NCBI GenBank assembly: GCA_963833225.1
Contig: CAWHXD010000006.1
Location: 310,846-374,845, forward strand
Length of the DNA: 64,000 bases
Direction of reading: 5' to 3'
Origin: an uncultured Chloroflexia bacterium
Lineage (GTDB): Bacteria; Chloroflexota; Limnocylindria; Limnocylindrales; CSP1-4
The notes below the pieces were generated by a model. It was not told where the DNA came from. It worked only from the letters and a program-made list of their open reading frames with translations, and made no database searches. Shown here one piece after another: positions 20,876 through 31,060 of this stretch (position 1 is its first letter; the number at the start of each line of letters is the position of its first letter). Position numbers and translations under genes: made by a program.

Positions 20876-21198
20876 CTCCTTGGGCGTGATCGTGCGGGTC
20901 GGTCTCGCCAGTGGCTCGGCACGGTCCCGGCGGCCGGGGTTGTGGACCGCGTGTCAGCGCCTCCCGCAGCACGGCAACCTTGGCAGATCCGGTGCCGGTT
21001 GACAATAGATAACCGATTCTCGATTCTCGATGATCTTGCTTCCGGGCGCGACGCGCGGGAGGGGTCACCGTGGATCCCCCTGTGCGCTTGGGCTACCATG
21101 TGCGCCTTGGAACGCTGAGGCGCGCAGCGGAGCAATCCGCTTCGCCACCAGCGTGGCCGATCCACGAGGCACCGATGTTGGGTGCGCGTGAGACCTGT

Positions 21199-21273
21199 CG
21201 GGGCGTGGCGCAACGGTGGCGCACGTGCTTTGGGAGCACGAGGATGTGGGTTCGAATCCCACCGCCCCGACCA
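21199..21273 (+). tRNA. tRNA-Pro (UGG)
   Basis: Acceptor CGGGGCG/CGCCCCG, D stem GCGC/GCGC, anticodon arm CGTGC-TTTGGGA-GCACG, T arm GTGGG-TTCGAAT-CCCAC, encoded CCA. Confidence 0.93.
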
Positions 21274-21382
21274 CTATCGCAAGGCGTGTTGGCGCGCTGT
21301 TCCCGGGCCGGCCTTGACCGCGCGGAAAGCGCCGTCAACCCGGCGTGTCACGTGGTCGAAGTAACACGCCGGTGTGTGGCGG

Positions 21383-22408
21383 TCAGCGGGTGACGGCGAT
21401 CACCACGGTCTTGCGCGCGCGGTGACCGTGCCTGTCGGTGACAGTCGCAGTTACCTTCCTGGTGCCGACGGTCGTGAACAGGAGTCGTCCCGAGCAGCCC
21501 CTGAGGACGTTCTTGTGGTTGATCGAGATCACGCAGGTCACCCTGCCCCTGAAGCCGGTCGCGACCACCTCAAACGGAACGAAGTGCTTGCGTCGAACGC
21601 TCTTCTGCAGCCTGAGCTTGACCGACTGGGCGGCCCGACGCACGGCAGGGTCGACGCCGGCGCCGGCGAACTGGGGATCCCCCGCGTCGTTGAACCAGGC
21701 CGACCAGTTGCCTGGCGTGTGCGGGACGAAGGAGAAGGTCATGCTCCGGGTTCCCTGGATGCCGTGGTACTCGCTTTCGTCGCCCGGTCCATACGCCATC
21801 CATGTGATCCCGCCCTCGGGAATGACGTAACCACCAAAGGGGTGGGCTGTTGCCGTGACGGTCTTCTCAACCATCATGTTGGCGCTGAGCGACGCCCACA
21901 CGCCTGGCAGCGTGCTCTCGGTGATCCCGGTTCCGGCTGGCACGCCGTTGGTCCCGGTGAAGAGCGGATACTCGTCGGAGAGCCAGTCGCTGGGCATGTT
22001 CTCGATGAGCGGATTGGACTCGGAGTCAACGATGCCGTAGGTCCACTGCCACTGGCTGGCGGAGCTGTACGGCAAGGTGAAGGTCCAGCCATGGCAGTAG
22101 CCCTGCTCATTCGTCCCGCGCAGGACGACGGCCCCGAAGCTCGAGTTCCATACGTTGTTCAGCAGCGAGGCGTCATCGCCCCAGCGCAACTCGTACTGGC
22201 AGACGGCGTCAGCCGGCACCGTGAAGTCTTCCGGGTATTGCGGGCTGAACGTGAAGTCCTGGCCACTGACCGGGTTGGCGGTCGTGTCCATCGTCCACGG
22301 GACGGGGACCGGCTGCTCGAACGCCATGGCGGACGTTGGCATCACGCCGACGGCCATCGCCGCGGCGATGCCGAGACCGGCGAACCGGGCAAACATGGAT
22401 CGGATCAT
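21383..22408 (-). CDS. Secreted hypothetical protein, Trp/Tyr-rich, with basic PKD/Ig-like C-terminus
   Basis: Signal peptide MIRSMFARFAGLGIAAAMAVGVMPTSAMA; C-terminal VTATVTDRHGHRARKTVVIAV. Confidence 0.6.
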   Translation of the reverse strand: MIRSMFARFAGLGIAAAMAVGVMPTSAMAFEQPVPVPWTMDTTANPVSGQDFTFSPQYPEDFTVPADAVCQYELRWGDDASLLNNVWNSSFGAVVLRGTNEQGYCHGWTFTLPYSSASQWQWTYGIVDSESNPLIENMPSDWLSDEYPLFTGTNGVPAGTGITESTLPGVWASLSANMMVEKTVTATAHPFGGYVIPEGGITWMAYGPGDESEYHGIQGTRSMTFSFVPHTPGNWSAWFNDAGDPQFAGAGVDPAVRRAAQSVKLRLQKSVRRKHFVPFEVVATGFRGRVTCVISINHKNVLRGCSGRLLFTTVGTRKVTATVTDRHGHRARKTVVIAVTR

Positions 22409-22609
22409 CTGGGGTGTGGTTCCTCGGGCGCGGCGGGCCATGGACGGGGATCGACGGTCAACCCATCCGGACGGGGTGTGCACCCTGGAACGAGGGTGAG
22501 TCTCGACCACAGTTGCGCCGCGACTGTCCGTCGCGCAATAGGCGCAGAAGCGCAACGGAGACCACCATTGGTACGGGCAGTGTTCCACGCAGGTATTCGA
22601 TCCGCCGCC

Positions 22610-22629
22610 TCTTGAGGGGATCTTGACGT
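22610..22629 (+). promoter_or_regulatory. Putative OmpR-family binding box, copy 1 (TCTTGAGGG-GA-TCTTGACGT)
   Basis: 11-bp-period direct repeat upstream of the PCYCGC gene; same motif at 26109-26128 and 31225-31244. Confidence 0.55.
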
Positions 22630-22740
22630 TGGGCTGAGGCGCCCTGCATCGACTCCTGGCCGTGTATCGGGGACGATGGTGTCCGGACCGTGCCGCTGCT
22701 CGCGACACATCTCGACGCCGACGAAGACCAGGAGCGCCCC

Positions 22741-23328
22741 GTGTCCACCCCCCGAACCCGAGCCATCCGCATCGCGGGGCTCCACCTTCGCGTCTTGCTG
22801 CCCGTGTTCATCGTGACCGCCGCCCTCGGTGGTGCCGTCGCCGGCTGTTCGACCGGTGCGGCGGGATCGATGGAGGCCCAGCCAACGGCCGTGACCGGTG
22901 GCGGGGTAACCGCGGCCGGCGGGGTGAGCGTCCCGATGGGCTCCATGACCATGCCCACGGCGCAGGAGATTGACGCCGCCTGGGACGCCCGCCCGGCGTA
23001 CGTCACGGACCTCCCCGCCGAGTGGCAGGCGGCCTATGCCTTCGCGCTGGCGAGGCCCGACGTCCTGCAGTGGCTGCCTTGCTACTGCGGCTGCGCCGGC
23101 ATCCCGCATCGCAGCAACCTCGACTGCTTCTTCGGGCGCCGCGAGGTCAAGGGCACGTTCTCGTACGAGGAGCATGCCTCGTACTGCGATGTCTGCATCA
23201 GGACCGCGAACATGGCAAGCGACATGCTCGGACAGGGCCAGACGATGGTGCAGATCCGGGCAGCCGTGGATTCGACGTTCAGCGGCGGTGCGGCGCCCGG
23301 TACCGACACGCCGATGCCGCCCGCGTGA
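22741..23328 (+). CDS. PCYCGC motif-containing lipoprotein
   Basis: Lipobox AVAGC; LPCYCGC, HRSNLDCF, HASYCDVC; AGGAG before GTG 22741. Confidence 0.88.
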   Translation: MSTPRTRAIRIAGLHLRVLLPVFIVTAALGGAVAGCSTGAAGSMEAQPTAVTGGGVTAAGGVSVPMGSMTMPTAQEIDAAWDARPAYVTDLPAEWQAAYAFALARPDVLQWLPCYCGCAGIPHRSNLDCFFGRREVKGTFSYEEHASYCDVCIRTANMASDMLGQGQTMVQIRAAVDSTFSGGAAPGTDTPMPPA

Positions 23329-23367
23329 CCTGGCACGGGCCCCGTGGGCAGGTGTCCCCGCGGGGCC

Positions 23368-24480
23368 TCACGCCAGCGGCAGCCGGACGCTGAAGGTGGA
23401 TCCGCCGCCAGCGCCGGGGCTGCTGACCGTGATGGATCCACCCATCGCCGCCACGAGGGACTTGCTGATCGCGAGGCCCAGGCCGCTTCCCCCTGCCTCG
23501 CGGGAGCGCGATGGATCTGCCCGGTAGAAGCGGTCGAACACCCTCGCCGCCTGCTCGGGCGCCAGGCCGGCGCCGTCGTCGCCCACCGAGAGGATGATCA
23601 TTGGCGACTTCACGGCCGACGCGAGCTCCACCCAACCGCCGGTCTTGCCGTAGCGGAGCGCGTTCCCCACGAGGTTGTCGAGGACTTGGGCCACGCGCAC
23701 CCGGTCCCCGCGGAAGGAGGCTTCCTCGACGGGGCCAAGGGTGAGGACCACGGATCCTGCCGCGGCCGCGGCCCCATGCCGCGCCACGGCATCCTCAAGC
23801 ACGCTCCGGGCGTCGAGCGTCTCCACGGCGAGTCGCAGGTCGCTCGACTCCGCGTGCCACAGGACCGCGAGGTCATCGACCAGGCGCTCCAGGCGGGCCG
23901 TCTGCTCATCGAGCACGCGCCAGGTCTCGGGCCCGGGCGCGAACACGCCGGCCTGGAGGCCCTCCACGTATCCGCGAACGGAGGCGATCGGCGTCCGCAG
24001 CTCGTGGGTGACGTCCCCGATGAGATCACGGCGGCGCTGCTCGTGCTCCCCAAGGGCAGCGGCCATCTCGTTGAACGAGGAGGCAAGATCCCCGAGCTCG
24101 CCATCGGCCGCGGACACGCGCTGCGCGTAGTCGCCGCCGGCCACCTGACGGCTCGCCGCGGCCAGCTCGTCAATCGGGCGGGACAGCCGCGTCGCGAGCA
24201 GGACCGATGCCCCCACGGCCACGACGACCGCGGCACCGAGGCCGAGGGCCAGGGCCGATCCGACGGCGTCGCCGAACGCCGCGCGCAGGGCGGGATCCAT
24301 CATCCCGGCGCCTCTCCCGCCCATCATCTCGCCGGATCCGTTCATGCCCATGGCATCGTCGAAGGCGAGCGGCGCGGCGAGCCACACGCCGATCGCCACG
24401 GCGGCAACCCCGGCCGTGGCGACCGCCAGGTTGGCCGCCAGCAGGCGCCAGCGGAGCCGCCCGAGGTCCGGACCGGTCAT
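23368..24480 (-). CDS. Sensor histidine kinase (HAMP-HisKA-HATPase), probably copper responsive
   Basis: Two TMs with Met-rich loop, DVTHELRTP, NLVGNALRY, GGSGLGLAI. Confidence 0.9.
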   Translation of the reverse strand: MTGPDLGRLRWRLLAANLAVATAGVAAVAIGVWLAAPLAFDDAMGMNGSGEMMGGRGAGMMDPALRAAFGDAVGSALALGLGAAVVVAVGASVLLATRLSRPIDELAAASRQVAGGDYAQRVSAADGELGDLASSFNEMAAALGEHEQRRRDLIGDVTHELRTPIASVRGYVEGLQAGVFAPGPETWRVLDEQTARLERLVDDLAVLWHAESSDLRLAVETLDARSVLEDAVARHGAAAAAGSVVLTLGPVEEASFRGDRVRVAQVLDNLVGNALRYGKTGGWVELASAVKSPMIILSVGDDGAGLAPEQAARVFDRFYRADPSRSREAGGSGLGLAISKSLVAAMGGSITVSSPGAGGGSTFSVRLPLA

Positions 24481-25187
24481 CGACCTGGTTCCCGCAGGCG
24501 GTACCCGATGCCCCGGACGGTCTCGATGAACCGCGGATGTCCCGGGTCATCGCCGAGCTTGCGGCGAAGATTCCCGACATGAACCTCGAGGACGTGCTCG
24601 TCGCCCATGAAGTCGATCCCCCACGCCGCATCGAGCAGCTGCTGACGGGTCAGCACAACCCCGGGGTCACGACCCAGCGCCTCGAGGATCGCGAACTCGA
24701 GCGCCGTCAGCTCCACCGCTGCGTCGCCCACCGTCACCTCGCGGCGGGCCGGGTCAATGGTGAGGTCGTCCACGCGCATCACGCCGTCGCGGCGGGGATC
24801 CGGCGCGGGACGCCGCCGCCGCTGGAGCGCCTCGACCCGCGCGACGAGCTCACCCGGGGAGAATGGCTTGGTGAGGTAGTCGTCCGCCCCCACCTTGAGG
24901 CCCACGATCCGGTCGATCTCGTCGGTGCGCGCGGTGAGCAGGATGACCAGAGGGTCCGCGAAGGTTCGGACGCGGCGGAGCACCTCCAGCCCGTCGAAGC
25001 CCGGCAGCATGATGTCGAGCACGACGATGTCGGGCGCAAAGCCGCGGACCTGCTCGACGGCCGAGGGTCCGTCGGCGGCTTCGGCAACGATCATGCCCTC
25101 TCGCTCGAGGAATCCCCGCACGATCGCGCGGATCGGCGGCTCGTCGTCCACGACGAGGACTCGGGTCGGGTTGCCCGGGGTGGCCAT
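24477..25187 (-). CDS. OmpR-family response regulator
   Basis: VLVVDDE, LDIMLPGFDG, GADDYLTKPF, ETVRGIGY; GAGGAG before ATG 25187 (alternative start 25247). Confidence 0.93.
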   Translation of the reverse strand: MATPGNPTRVLVVDDEPPIRAIVRGFLEREGMIVAEAADGPSAVEQVRGFAPDIVVLDIMLPGFDGLEVLRRVRTFADPLVILLTARTDEIDRIVGLKVGADDYLTKPFSPGELVARVEALQRRRRPAPDPRRDGVMRVDDLTIDPARREVTVGDAAVELTALEFAILEALGRDPGVVLTRQQLLDAAWGIDFMGDEHVLEVHVGNLRRKLGDDPGHPRFIETVRGIGYRLREPGR

Positions 25188-25243
25188 GCGCTCCTCGATC
25201 GGATGGCGGCCGTCGCGGCCACCTGCGGGCATCGTACGGTGGC

Positions 25244-25768
25244 TCATTCGACGACGGTGATGATCCCCCGCATGCCCGCCTCGTAGTGGCCGGGCTCGTG
25301 GCAGGCGAAGGCGTACGGCCCGCTGCCATCGAACGTGTAGGTGACGGCCTTCGTTTCCATCATGCCGATGTCCGCCGCCTCGGGCGTGCCCTCCGCGTCG
25401 GTGGCGACCGCGTCTGCCGGACCCACCATGAACTCGTGGACCAGGCGGCCCATCGAGGTCACCTCGAAGGTGATGGTCTCGCCCTTCGCCACCACGATGG
25501 CCGATGGGTTGAACGTGTAGCCGGGACCGGCGATGACGCGCACGACGCGAGGGCGAGCGACGGTGCCCGCCACGAAGCCCGCCTGGCCCGGCCCCGGGGA
25601 GATAAACCCGGTTGACCCGGTTCCGCCCATCATCCCGCCAGGTCCGCCGGCGACGGGACCGATCGTGCCCAGCGGACCGAGGCCTCTGCCCACGACCGTC
25701 CCGGCGCCGATCAGCAGGATGCCGGCCAGCACGAGGGCGACGCCCAGCAGCCCAAGCCGTCCCCTCAT
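25244..25768 (-). CDS. Exported cupredoxin (plastocyanin/azurin/CopI-like)
   Basis: HEF plus C-x4-H-x4-M type-1 copper motif CHEPGHYEAGM. Confidence 0.9.
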   Translation of the reverse strand: MRGRLGLLGVALVLAGILLIGAGTVVGRGLGPLGTIGPVAGGPGGMMGGTGSTGFISPGPGQAGFVAGTVARPRVVRVIAGPGYTFNPSAIVVAKGETITFEVTSMGRLVHEFMVGPADAVATDAEGTPEAADIGMMETKAVTYTFDGSGPYAFACHEPGHYEAGMRGIITVVE

Positions 25769-26028
25769 CCCTCGGATTCCAGCGTCTGCTTCGCCGCGAG
25801 GTACTCATCTCTCGTGATCTCGCCCTTGGCAAACCGGAGTCGCAGCACGTCCACCGCGTCGCCGACCGGCGGCCGCAGCACGGCCGTCGAGGAGGCCGGC
25901 GTACCGGCTCCGAGCCTGCCGATCGCCCAGGCGACCAGCAACACGGCACCCACGCCGAGCAAGACCAGTCCGATGAGGGCCAGCAGCCCTCCCAAGCCGA
26001 ACCCAAGGCCGGCGCCGTACTCCATCAT
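25765..26028 (-). CDS. SHOCT domain membrane protein
   Basis: TM segment then AVDVLRLRFAKGEITRDEY. Confidence 0.85.
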   Translation of the reverse strand: MMEYGAGLGFGLGGLLALIGLVLLGVGAVLLVAWAIGRLGAGTPASSTAVLRPPVGDAVDVLRLRFAKGEITRDEYLAAKQTLESEG

Positions 26029-26108
26029 CTCGATCGCTCCATCTTCACGCGGCCCGCTTGGGGCACAACCTCACGATGGGGCACGTGGCTCAGGGGGGCC
26101 GCTCGACA

Positions 26109-26128
26109 GCCTCAAGATCGCCTCAAGA
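26109..26128 (-). promoter_or_regulatory. Putative OmpR-family binding box, copy 2 (TCTTGAGGC-GA-TCTTGAGGC on minus strand)
   Basis: Perfect 9-bp direct repeat with 11-bp period in the divergent SHOCT/copB intergenic region. Confidence 0.65.
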
Positions 26129-26212
26129 CGCCGTTGCTCGGACCGTGGACGGGGTCGGCGACCGATGCCTGCCCTTGCAGGCGGCGGGCGACCGGCCCAC
26201 GATGCCGGTGAC

Positions 26213-28262
26213 ATGCACGAGATGCACGACATGCCCGCGGCCCCGGCGCCCGACGGCGGAACCCACGACGAGCACGCCGGCGGACACGACAAGCACGCGG
26301 GCCACTCGGTCTCGATGTTCCGTGACAAGTTCTGGCTGAGCCTCGTCCTCACGATCCCCATCGTGCTGCTCAGCCACGATGTGGCGGGATGGCTCGGGTA
26401 CCGGCTGCCCGTGTTTGCCGGTTCGAGCGTGCTGCCGGCGGTCCTGGGCACGGTCGTCTTCCTGTACGGCGGCCTGGTGTTCCTCCGGGCCGCGGCGGGC
26501 GAGCTCCGGGAGCGCCAGCCGGGGATGATGACCCTGATCTCGCTCGCGATCGTCGTGGCGTTCGTGACGAGCTGGGCCGGCACGCTCGGCTGGTTCGAGA
26601 TCGAGATCTGGTGGGAGCTCGCCAGCCTGATCACGATCATGCTGCTGGGCCACTGGCTCGAGATGCGCTCCATCGCCCAGGCTCGTGGCGCGCTAGCCGC
26701 GCTCGCCGACCTGTTGCCCGATACCGCAGACCGGGTCACGGCTGATGGGACCGAGGCTGTCCCGCTGGCATCGCTCGTCGTGGACGACATCGTCCTGGTG
26801 CGGCCGGGTGCCCGCGTGCCGGCCGATGGTGCCGTCGTCGATGGCGTTGCGGACGTCGATGAGTCGATGCTCACGGGCGAGTCCCGGTCGGTCGCCAAGC
26901 AGCCGGGCGACCAGGTGGTCGCGGGGACGGTGACCGCCGGTGGATCGCTGCGCGTCCGCGTGACGGCCAGCGGTGACGCAACGGCGCTGTCGGGGATCAT
27001 GAGGATGGTGGCGGCCGCGCAAGCCTCTGCCTCGCGGGCGCAGGCCCTGGCCGACCAGGCCGCCGCGCTCCTGTTCTACGTCGCGCTCAGCGCAAGCGGC
27101 GTGACCTTCCTGGTGTGGTGGCTCCAGGGGGACTCCAAGGGCGCCCTGGTGCGGACGGCGACGGTCCTCGTGATCGCCTGTCCGCACGCGCTCGGCCTGG
27201 CGATCCCCCTGGTCATCGCGATCTCAACCTCGCTCGGGGCGCGGAACGGCCTGCTCGTGAAGGACCGGATCGCCCTCGAGCGGGCGCGCGAGCTGGACAT
27301 GGTGATCTTCGACAAGACCGGCACGCTCACCAAGGGAGAGCCGGCGCTGGTTGCCGTCGCCGTGACGGACGGCATCGAGAAAGGCGAGCTCCTCCGCCTC
27401 GCGGCGTCTGTCGAGGCCGACTCGGAGCACCCGCTCGCCCGGGCGATCGTCCGGGGGGCGGCGTCGCGCGGGATCCCGCCCGAGCGCGCGTCGGGGTTCG
27501 AGGCGCTCGCCGGCCGGGGCGCCCAGGCCCGGGTCGGCGATGTCGACGTCCAGATCGGCGGCCCGCGCCTGCTCTCGGATCTCGGCCTCAAGGCCGAGGG
27601 AGGCCTGGCCGATGCCATGGACGCCTGGGCGACCCAGGGGCAGACGGTGCTGGCCGTGGTGGCGGACGGGCACCTGGTCGGCGCGGTCGCCCTCGAGGAC
27701 GAGATCCGCGCCGAATTCGGCCGAGGCCGTGGACCGTCTCCACCGCTCGGGCCTCCGCGTTGCCATGATCACCGGCGACGCGCAGGCCGTGGCCGACTCG
27801 GTTGCCCGGCGCCTCGGGATCGACGAGGTCGCCGCGCAGGTCCTTCCCGCCGACAAGGCCGACGCCGTCCGCCGGTTCCAGGCGGGCGGCCGATCGGTGG
27901 CGATGGTGGGCGACGGCGTCAATGACGCCCCGGCGCTGGCCACCGCGGACGTGGGAATCGCGATCGGCGCCGGCACGGACGTCGCCGTTGAGGCAGCAGG
28001 GATCGTGCTCGTCCGGAGCGACCCGCGCGACGTGGTTGCCGCCATCGACCTGTCGCGTGCGACCTACCGGAAGATGGTGCAGAACCTCGTCTGGGCCACC
28101 GCCTACAACCTGGTGGCGATCCCGATCGCGATGGGGGTCCTCGTCCCGTGGGGCTTCGACCTGCCGATGGCGGCGGGCGCCGTCGCGATGAGCCTGTCGA
28201 CGATCATCGTGGCCGCCAACGCGCAGCTTCTGCGGCGCCTCCGGCTGCGACCGGCCGGCTGA
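26213..28262 (+). CDS. copB: Copper-translocating P1B-3 ATPase (frameshift near 27715)
   Basis: His/Met-rich N-terminus, TGES, CPH, DKTGT, SEHPL; alternate frame gives [18 protein letters not shown]. Confidence 0.92.
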
Positions 28263-28263
28263 C

Positions 28264-29523
28264 CTATGCGGGCGGGGATCCCGCACGCGTGGCGTCGCGC
28301 GCTGCCTCCTCCGGCGCGGGCATCGACCGGAAGCTTCGGTACAGCAGCAGGTCGTACGCGATCTTGAGGCCACCGCCGATCATGAACGGCAGGCCGGCGA
28401 CGGCGGCGCTGCCCATGAGCGGGGCCGACAGGATCGGTGCCACCGCTGCCCCCACGCTGCGCGCGATCCCGGTGACGCCGGCCGCCGCGGAGCGCTCGTC
28501 GGGATCGACCACGGCCATCGTGTACGACTGGCGGGTGGGGACGTCCATCTGGCTGATCGAGTACCGCACCAGCAGCACTCCGGCCGCGAGCGGCAGGGAG
28601 GGCATGAGCGGCACCAGGATCAGCAGCACGTTCGAGGGCAGGTGGGTGAACACCATCGTGCGAACGAGACCGATGCGGGCCGCGATCCTCGCCGCGAGCA
28701 GGGCGGAGATCCCCGCCAGCAGGTTGGCGCCGAACAGGATGCCGCCGATCAGCGCCGGGCTGGCCCCGAACCGGACGTGGAACCAGTAGGCGATCAGCGT
28801 CTGGACGATGAAGCCCCCGCCGAAGGCGTCGAGCGCGAACAGCGCCGACAGGCGGGCGACGGTCCGCTGCGAACGGTGGAGGCCGAGGCGGCGCGCCACG
28901 GAGACATCTGTGGCGTTGGGGACCTCCACGGCGCTCGACACCCGCGTGAACAGCGCCCCGAGCGCCAGGCCAAGCAGCGCGTAGCCCACGATGACCTCGC
29001 GGTAGGCATCGGCCGGACCCTGGCCGATGGCGATCAGGACCGCGGCGAGCGAGCCGCCCACGAGGGCGCCGGCCGCGGTGGAGAAGGACGCCACGAGGTT
29101 GAACCAGGCGAACACCCGCGTCCGCTGCCGGTCCTCAACGGTCTGCGCGAGCGCCGCCTGCTCCACGGCAAGGAACGGGCCCACCTCGTTGCCGCTGGGG
29201 CTGATGACCCCGATGGTGGCGGCGACGGCCAGCAGCGCGAACAGGTCCGTGGTCGAGAACACGATGCCGGCCCCGACCATCAACAGCGCGCCGACGAGGA
29301 GCACCCGCCGCCGCCCGACCCGGTCGGCATGCGTGGTCAGCCACAACGAGATCACCGCGTCGCCGGCCAGCGTCAGGCCAAGCAACAGCCCGATGGCCGG
29401 GGTGTCCAGCCCGAGCGCGGCCAGGTACAGCACCAGCACCACGGACACCAGGCCGTACCCGAACATCCGCAGCGACCGCGTGGCGAACAGCAGGCGAGCG
29501 TCGCGACCCAGCGATGGTGTCAT
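28264..29523 (-). CDS. MFS transporter
   Basis: Hydrophobic profile consistent with 12 TMs, motif A ADRVGRRRVL, SPSGNEVGPF, SQMDVPTRQSY. Confidence 0.9.
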   Translation of the reverse strand: MTPSLGRDARLLFATRSLRMFGYGLVSVVLVLYLAALGLDTPAIGLLLGLTLAGDAVISLWLTTHADRVGRRRVLLVGALLMVGAGIVFSTTDLFALLAVAATIGVISPSGNEVGPFLAVEQAALAQTVEDRQRTRVFAWFNLVASFSTAAGALVGGSLAAVLIAIGQGPADAYREVIVGYALLGLALGALFTRVSSAVEVPNATDVSVARRLGLHRSQRTVARLSALFALDAFGGGFIVQTLIAYWFHVRFGASPALIGGILFGANLLAGISALLAARIAARIGLVRTMVFTHLPSNVLLILVPLMPSLPLAAGVLLVRYSISQMDVPTRQSYTMAVVDPDERSAAAGVTGIARSVGAAVAPILSAPLMGSAAVAGLPFMIGGGLKIAYDLLLYRSFRSMPAPEEAARDATRAGSPPA

Positions 29524-29548
29524 CGGGCAAGTGTGCCGCGTGCGACCA

Positions 29549-31060
29549 CTAGTCCGTGTGGCGGAAGTCGCTCCACATCTCGGACCACGGGCGCAGCGTT
29601 CGGCAGACGGCCACGCTGGCGCCCTGTTCCTGATTGGGCATTCCGGCCGCGTTGTCGATGGTGGCTATTGGCTCGCACGAGCCCAGGCGGCCACTCCACC
29701 ACGGGGAGCTCCACCAGCCCACGAGGACGACGACGTCGTGATCGTCCGGCGGCGGCCCGAGGTCCGCGAGGCTGTTGTGCCCCGAATACGCTGCGGGCAA
29801 GTCCGGCCCCAGGAGCTCCAGCGCCCCCTGTTCGCCATAGTTGGCCGTGAGGATGACCGCGCGGTCGCGCTCGTCGGACGGGAGCGCCTCGACCACCTTG
29901 CGAACGGTCGCCACCAGATCCGGCCAGCCCACCTGCTCCGCGTTCTCAGGATAGATGTCGGGGATCGGCGTCGTGGCCAGGGTGGTAGCTGGGAGCACGG
30001 GGAGGGTCAGCAGCGCGACGATCGCGAGCGACCCGGCAGTAGCCACGCCGAGCACCGGCGCCCGCCAGCCACCACGCCGCAGCCACGTGTCCGCAGCGAT
30101 CGCCCCCGCAGCCATCAGGATCGGCAATGCGCCAGCGACGTAATAGCTCTTGCCGCCGGACACCAGCACCACGCCGAGGATGGCCAGGAATGCCGTGGAG
30201 AGCGTCCGGAACGGTCGCAGCTCCGGTGCACGGGCCAGACGCCACAGCCCGCCGAGCGAGATCGGGAACAGGAGCGGGCCGGCCAGCAGCAGGAGCTGCG
30301 GGAGGAGCATCACCCGGTTCTCGATCCCGTTGCCGGCGATGCGGCCGGCCATCGTGAGCTGCGGGAAGCCGTTGGCCGCCTGCCACGCGAGGTTGGGTGA
30401 CCAGACCAGCAGCGCCACGAGTGCCCCCAGCCAGGGCCAGCGGGTCCGGAGCAGGTCCCGGCGATGGACCACCAGGCCGACGAACAGCCCGCCGACGAGG
30501 AACAGGACGAGGTGCTTGTTGAGCAGCCCGAGTCCTGCCACCACCCCGACTACCAGCCACAGGCGGGGATCCCCGCCGCGGAGCAGCCGGGTCACGAGCC
30601 ACAGGATCAGCGCCCAGAACCCGAGGTCGTAGGTGGCGGTCACGCCGATATGGCCGGCGGCGAGGTAGCCGGACACGGCGGTCACGACCGCCGCAAGGAC
30701 CTGCGCGCGACGCGACCCTCCCATCTCCCGGGCGATCGCGGCGACCAGCAGCACGCAGACGCCGATCGTCAGCGCGGGCAGGATCCGCAGCGCGAACGGC
30801 TCCAGCCCAACGAGGGTGACGGCGGCCGCCGAAAGGAGCGGGGTCAGCGGCGGCTGGTCCACGTATCCGAGGGAGGGGTGCCGGCCGACCACGATGAAGT
30901 ACAGCTCGTCCCGGTGGAACCCGTACGCGGTAGCCAGGGCGAGTAGACCGATCACGGCGACCAGGGCCACCGCCGCCACGAGGGGCACCGGAAACGCTGA
31001 TCGAGATGCGTGCACGGGCACGACGCTCGGGCGATGCGCGTGGGCGTTCATGGAGGTCAT
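29549..31060 (-). CDS. GT-C membrane glycosyltransferase (family 39/ArnT-like)
   Basis: YGFHRDELYF, GYVDQPPL, GLGLLNK, ANYGEQGAL, YSGHNS. Confidence 0.85.
   Translation of the reverse strand: MTSMNAHAHRPSVVPVHASRSAFPVPLVAAVALVAVIGLLALATAYGFHRDELYFIVVGRHPSLGYVDQPPLTPLLSAAAVTLVGLEPFALRILPALTIGVCVLLVAAIAREMGGSRRAQVLAAVVTAVSGYLAAGHIGVTATYDLGFWALILWLVTRLLRGGDPRLWLVVGVVAGLGLLNKHLVLFLVGGLFVGLVVHRRDLLRTRWPWLGALVALLVWSPNLAWQAANGFPQLTMAGRIAGNGIENRVMLLPQLLLLAGPLLFPISLGGLWRLARAPELRPFRTLSTAFLAILGVVLVSGGKSYYVAGALPILMAAGAIAADTWLRRGGWRAPVLGVATAGSLAIVALLTLPVLPATTLATTPIPDIYPENAEQVGWPDLVATVRKVVEALPSDERDRAVILTANYGEQGALELLGPDLPAAYSGHNSLADLGPPPDDHDVVVLVGWWSSPWWSGRLGSCEPIATIDNAAGMPNQEQGASVAVCRTLRPWSEMWSDFRHTD

Noticed and set aside
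21104-21170. Hairpin as SRP (4.5S) RNA
   Set aside because: The conserved CAGG..GGAA..AGCAG domain IV motif is absent.
22420-22600. Hairpins upstream of the secreted protein gene as a riboswitch
   Set aside because: No recognisable aptamer consensus; the pairing is explicable by GC content.
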